Shown here piece after piece: positions 61,701 to 64,000 of a stretch of 64,000 nucleotides of DNA. Each line of letters opens with the position of its first letter. Position 1 is the stretch's first letter. Under the pieces are notes generated by a model. That model was not told where the DNA came from and did no database searches. It saw only the letters and a list, made by a program, of their open reading frames with translations. This DNA comes from Cystobasidiomycetes sp. EMM_F5 (Eukaryota): assembly GCA_051047955.1 (NCBI GenBank), contig JBPGPT010000003.1, positions 558,001 through 622,000 on the forward strand. The letters run 5' to 3'. The position numbers were made by a program, and so were the translations under genes.

Positions 61701-62418
61701 CAATTCAGCTAAACAATCATTAAATAGATTGAATTGCACAGCGGACGCACTCTTTTTGGAGGTAGATACTGATGCTGACGTAGAGGGCTTGCCATTTGAT
61801 GTAGACGATTTTTCGTCATCGTGATTCGTCTTCAGCTTCTTTGACACGTTGCCGTTTTCGGTCTGTCTAAGTTTCGGGCTTGATTTTGCGATGCTCTTGA
61901 CGACCTTGCTTGAATGGTCAGAATGACTTGCTTCGTCGTCCTCACTTGAAGACTGCACGACGCGTTTCTTTGTGCCTGATGATTGGAATTCATATAATGG
62001 CGGAGAATGAGCAATAGTAATGAGATGGAATTCATGATTGCCAACCTTTCGAAGTCTTCTCCTGATCCTGTTCGATGTCACTGGAATCCGCAATCGTTGC
62101 CATTGCTGCAGAAGTTGGAGTATCGTCGCTGATGACTACCGTACTTGTTATCGCTCGAGTAGATTCCGCAGGGGTAGCCTGTCCAGCAACCTGTCTACGC
62201 CAAAGAGAATCTACGCGTGTCTGTATCTGCTCGAGCGGCAGACCAAAGTGTCGATTCAGTGTTCGCTGGCGGAAACGATCTGGAGCTTGGGAGGTCTGGC
62301 TTCTATCAACACGGCTGCTGCTACCCTTCGAGCTGCCCATGCACTGCACAGCAGCTGAAGTGTTTGCAAGGAAGCTCTTCTGCTGTTTAGTCAGTGCCGC
62401 AAGCCAGCTTGTTCGCAT
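58773..62418 (-). CDS. CDC9: DNA ligase I
   Basis: [19 protein letters not shown] active-site Lys, FDLL, CEGLMVK, WLK/KKDYL, SLRFPRF; N-terminal PIP-like QRTLNRHF. Confidence 0.96.
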
Positions 62419-62446
62419 TCGACGTCAAGCTAAAGCGATTCGAGAT

Positions 62447-62488
62447 CGCGTTTATTGATGTCGTCAAAGTGTCAATCTTGATACGCGT
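62447..62488. promoter_or_regulatory. Possible MCB cluster upstream of CDC9 (CGCGTTT at 62447, ACGCGT at 62483)
   Basis: Two CGCG-core boxes within 70 bp of the ATG; yeast CDC9 is an established MBF/MCB target. Confidence 0.45.
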
Positions 62489-62994
62489 AACTAACCCTCG
62501 AAGCAGAAGCAATAGTACAGACCGTATTTACCGCACAAGAACGTTGATGCATCTGATGATTGAGGGCTGACTCTTGGGACTCGTGCGTATCGCGCGTCCC
62601 AGCGCACTGACCGCTCGTCCTTATGCACGTAGGCTTTTCAACGTGCTGAAGTAAGTGCTCAGAAGCTGTGCAGCAGCACTCCAACGACTGCATGTGCTTG
62701 CTGAGATACTAGAAGACAACAGCATGACGTTTCACTGATACTTCGCAGATGGCGCACCGCCTCGCCACCAGTCGCGAGGCACAGCGAAAGGCACTGCAAG
62801 AGGCTGAGCCGGCGAAAATCAAAATTCAGCTCGTCCTTGACTGACTGAGAGTATTTAGGGCAGTACGTCGTAGTCTTTGTCTCCTCTTCTTCCATCCTTC
62901 ACATCTAATAACCTAATTCACAACAAGCTCGGTCCGGTACCAGCCAACCTCATCAGTCTATTTATCAGCTTCAGTCCTCCAATCTACGTACATA

Positions 62995-63653
62995 ATGATT
63001 TTCGCAACATTCATCGCTCTCGTTCTTCCCTTCATCGCCTCTGCTGCCCCGACAGGCTCGCCGCAAGCATGCGTTCCCGACTTTAAGGATTCATCAGTAC
63101 AGATCCGAAACGTACAAAGCGGCAAAATCTGGGCAGTCCCAGAGCACGCAACCGCTGGAGCACAAATATCTGCACAGTCGCCAAACACTGCCTTCACGTC
63201 GTGGAATTTTGTCAATGATAAGTCTGGACACCTGACCATCATGTACGCATCCTCTGTATCTTTCCCGTAGCCAGTTCACTGACAGCTCTGCACCCGTAGG
63301 TTACATGATGAAGAGCACCATAATCTTATTGTCGTGCCCGGCTGGCACGGTAATGCAGTCTTGAAGACTGTTCGCGCGAAAAAGTAAGTTTGAGGAATTA
63401 ATGTGCGCAGAGGTTTGCAAAGGCTGACAGTCCTGTCGTCGTCAGTAACGCTGTGTACGAACTGGTATGCGAGTCGTGTACGTCCAGCAAGATGCCAGAA
63501 TGGGATCTCCGCAGTGTCATTGCCTCAAACTGCGCCATTCTCAATGTCAATACCACAACATTGCAAGCTCAGGAGGAGTCAGCTGGTAACATTCGCTTTG
63601 ATAAGCCGTTAGGTAACAACACTATGCAGCTGTTCGACTTGGTCGCTGCGTAA
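62995..63653 (+). CDS. Small secreted protein, possibly ricin-B/beta-trefoil-like
   Basis: Signal peptide MIFATFIALVLPFIASA, two introns, four Cys, and C-terminal QLFDL resembling QxW/F motifs. Fold call is weak. Confidence 0.6.
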
Positions 63654-64000
63654 TTAGTAGCTTGAACAGAAACGGACAATTTTTAGATACGGACAATCAC
63701 AATATAATCATAATCACATAGACTCGAAGTCATTACGCTGAATGATCACGCAAGTGCAAGGCAGTGAAATGCCTGACGATGACTGTATTGCTGGGATGTG
63801 AATACTAGTCTCAACATAAGATATAAGGAAAGGAGAGCTAACAAGCTTGAAATAGCGAAACCTGTCAGAGTAGTGCAACTATTGACAACACAGACTCGCC
63901 AGCGGGTTACAATGAAGGATCCAGGAGGCCTCAGTTGTAGGCGACATTGGAAGCAGGGATCTCGACTTCGACAATCAAAGGTCCTGCAACGGTAGCAGGG

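Overview
Gene-dense, intron-rich fungal genomic DNA, most likely basidiomycete (inferred from ~50-70 nt GT/GC-AG introns with CTRAY-type branch sites and from gene content). I can support about 22 spliced protein genes, listed in order: BAR-like protein (runs off the left edge), PTS1 thioesterase, GliT/TrxB-like oxidoreductase, phospholipase D, MFS permease, NOG2, VSB1-like SulP-STAS-cNMP transporter, CH-kinase-C1-CaaX Cdc15-like kinase, FMO, RluA-type pseudouridine synthase, secreted Ser/Thr-rich protein, aldose-1-epimerase-family enzyme, second MFS permease, large low-complexity protein, cytochrome b561, YbjQ-like protein, HAP3, cupin, TRK, MEC1/ATR, CDC9/LIG1 and a small secreted protein. 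Structure that the ORF track does not show: (1) a 537-nt NOG2 intron holding a three-hairpin H/ACA snoRNA with both snR191/U19 guide pockets but non-canonical boxes; (2) a complete 1,207-bp non-autonomous CACTA-type transposon with TIRs, a 3-bp TSD and subterminal repeats; (3) two tail-to-tail gene pairs with overlapping coding ends, one sharing a CTAG palindrome as both stop codons; (4) GC-AG introns and a 6-nt micro-exon. All gene models were spliced by eye, so boundaries may be slightly off. No database searches were run.
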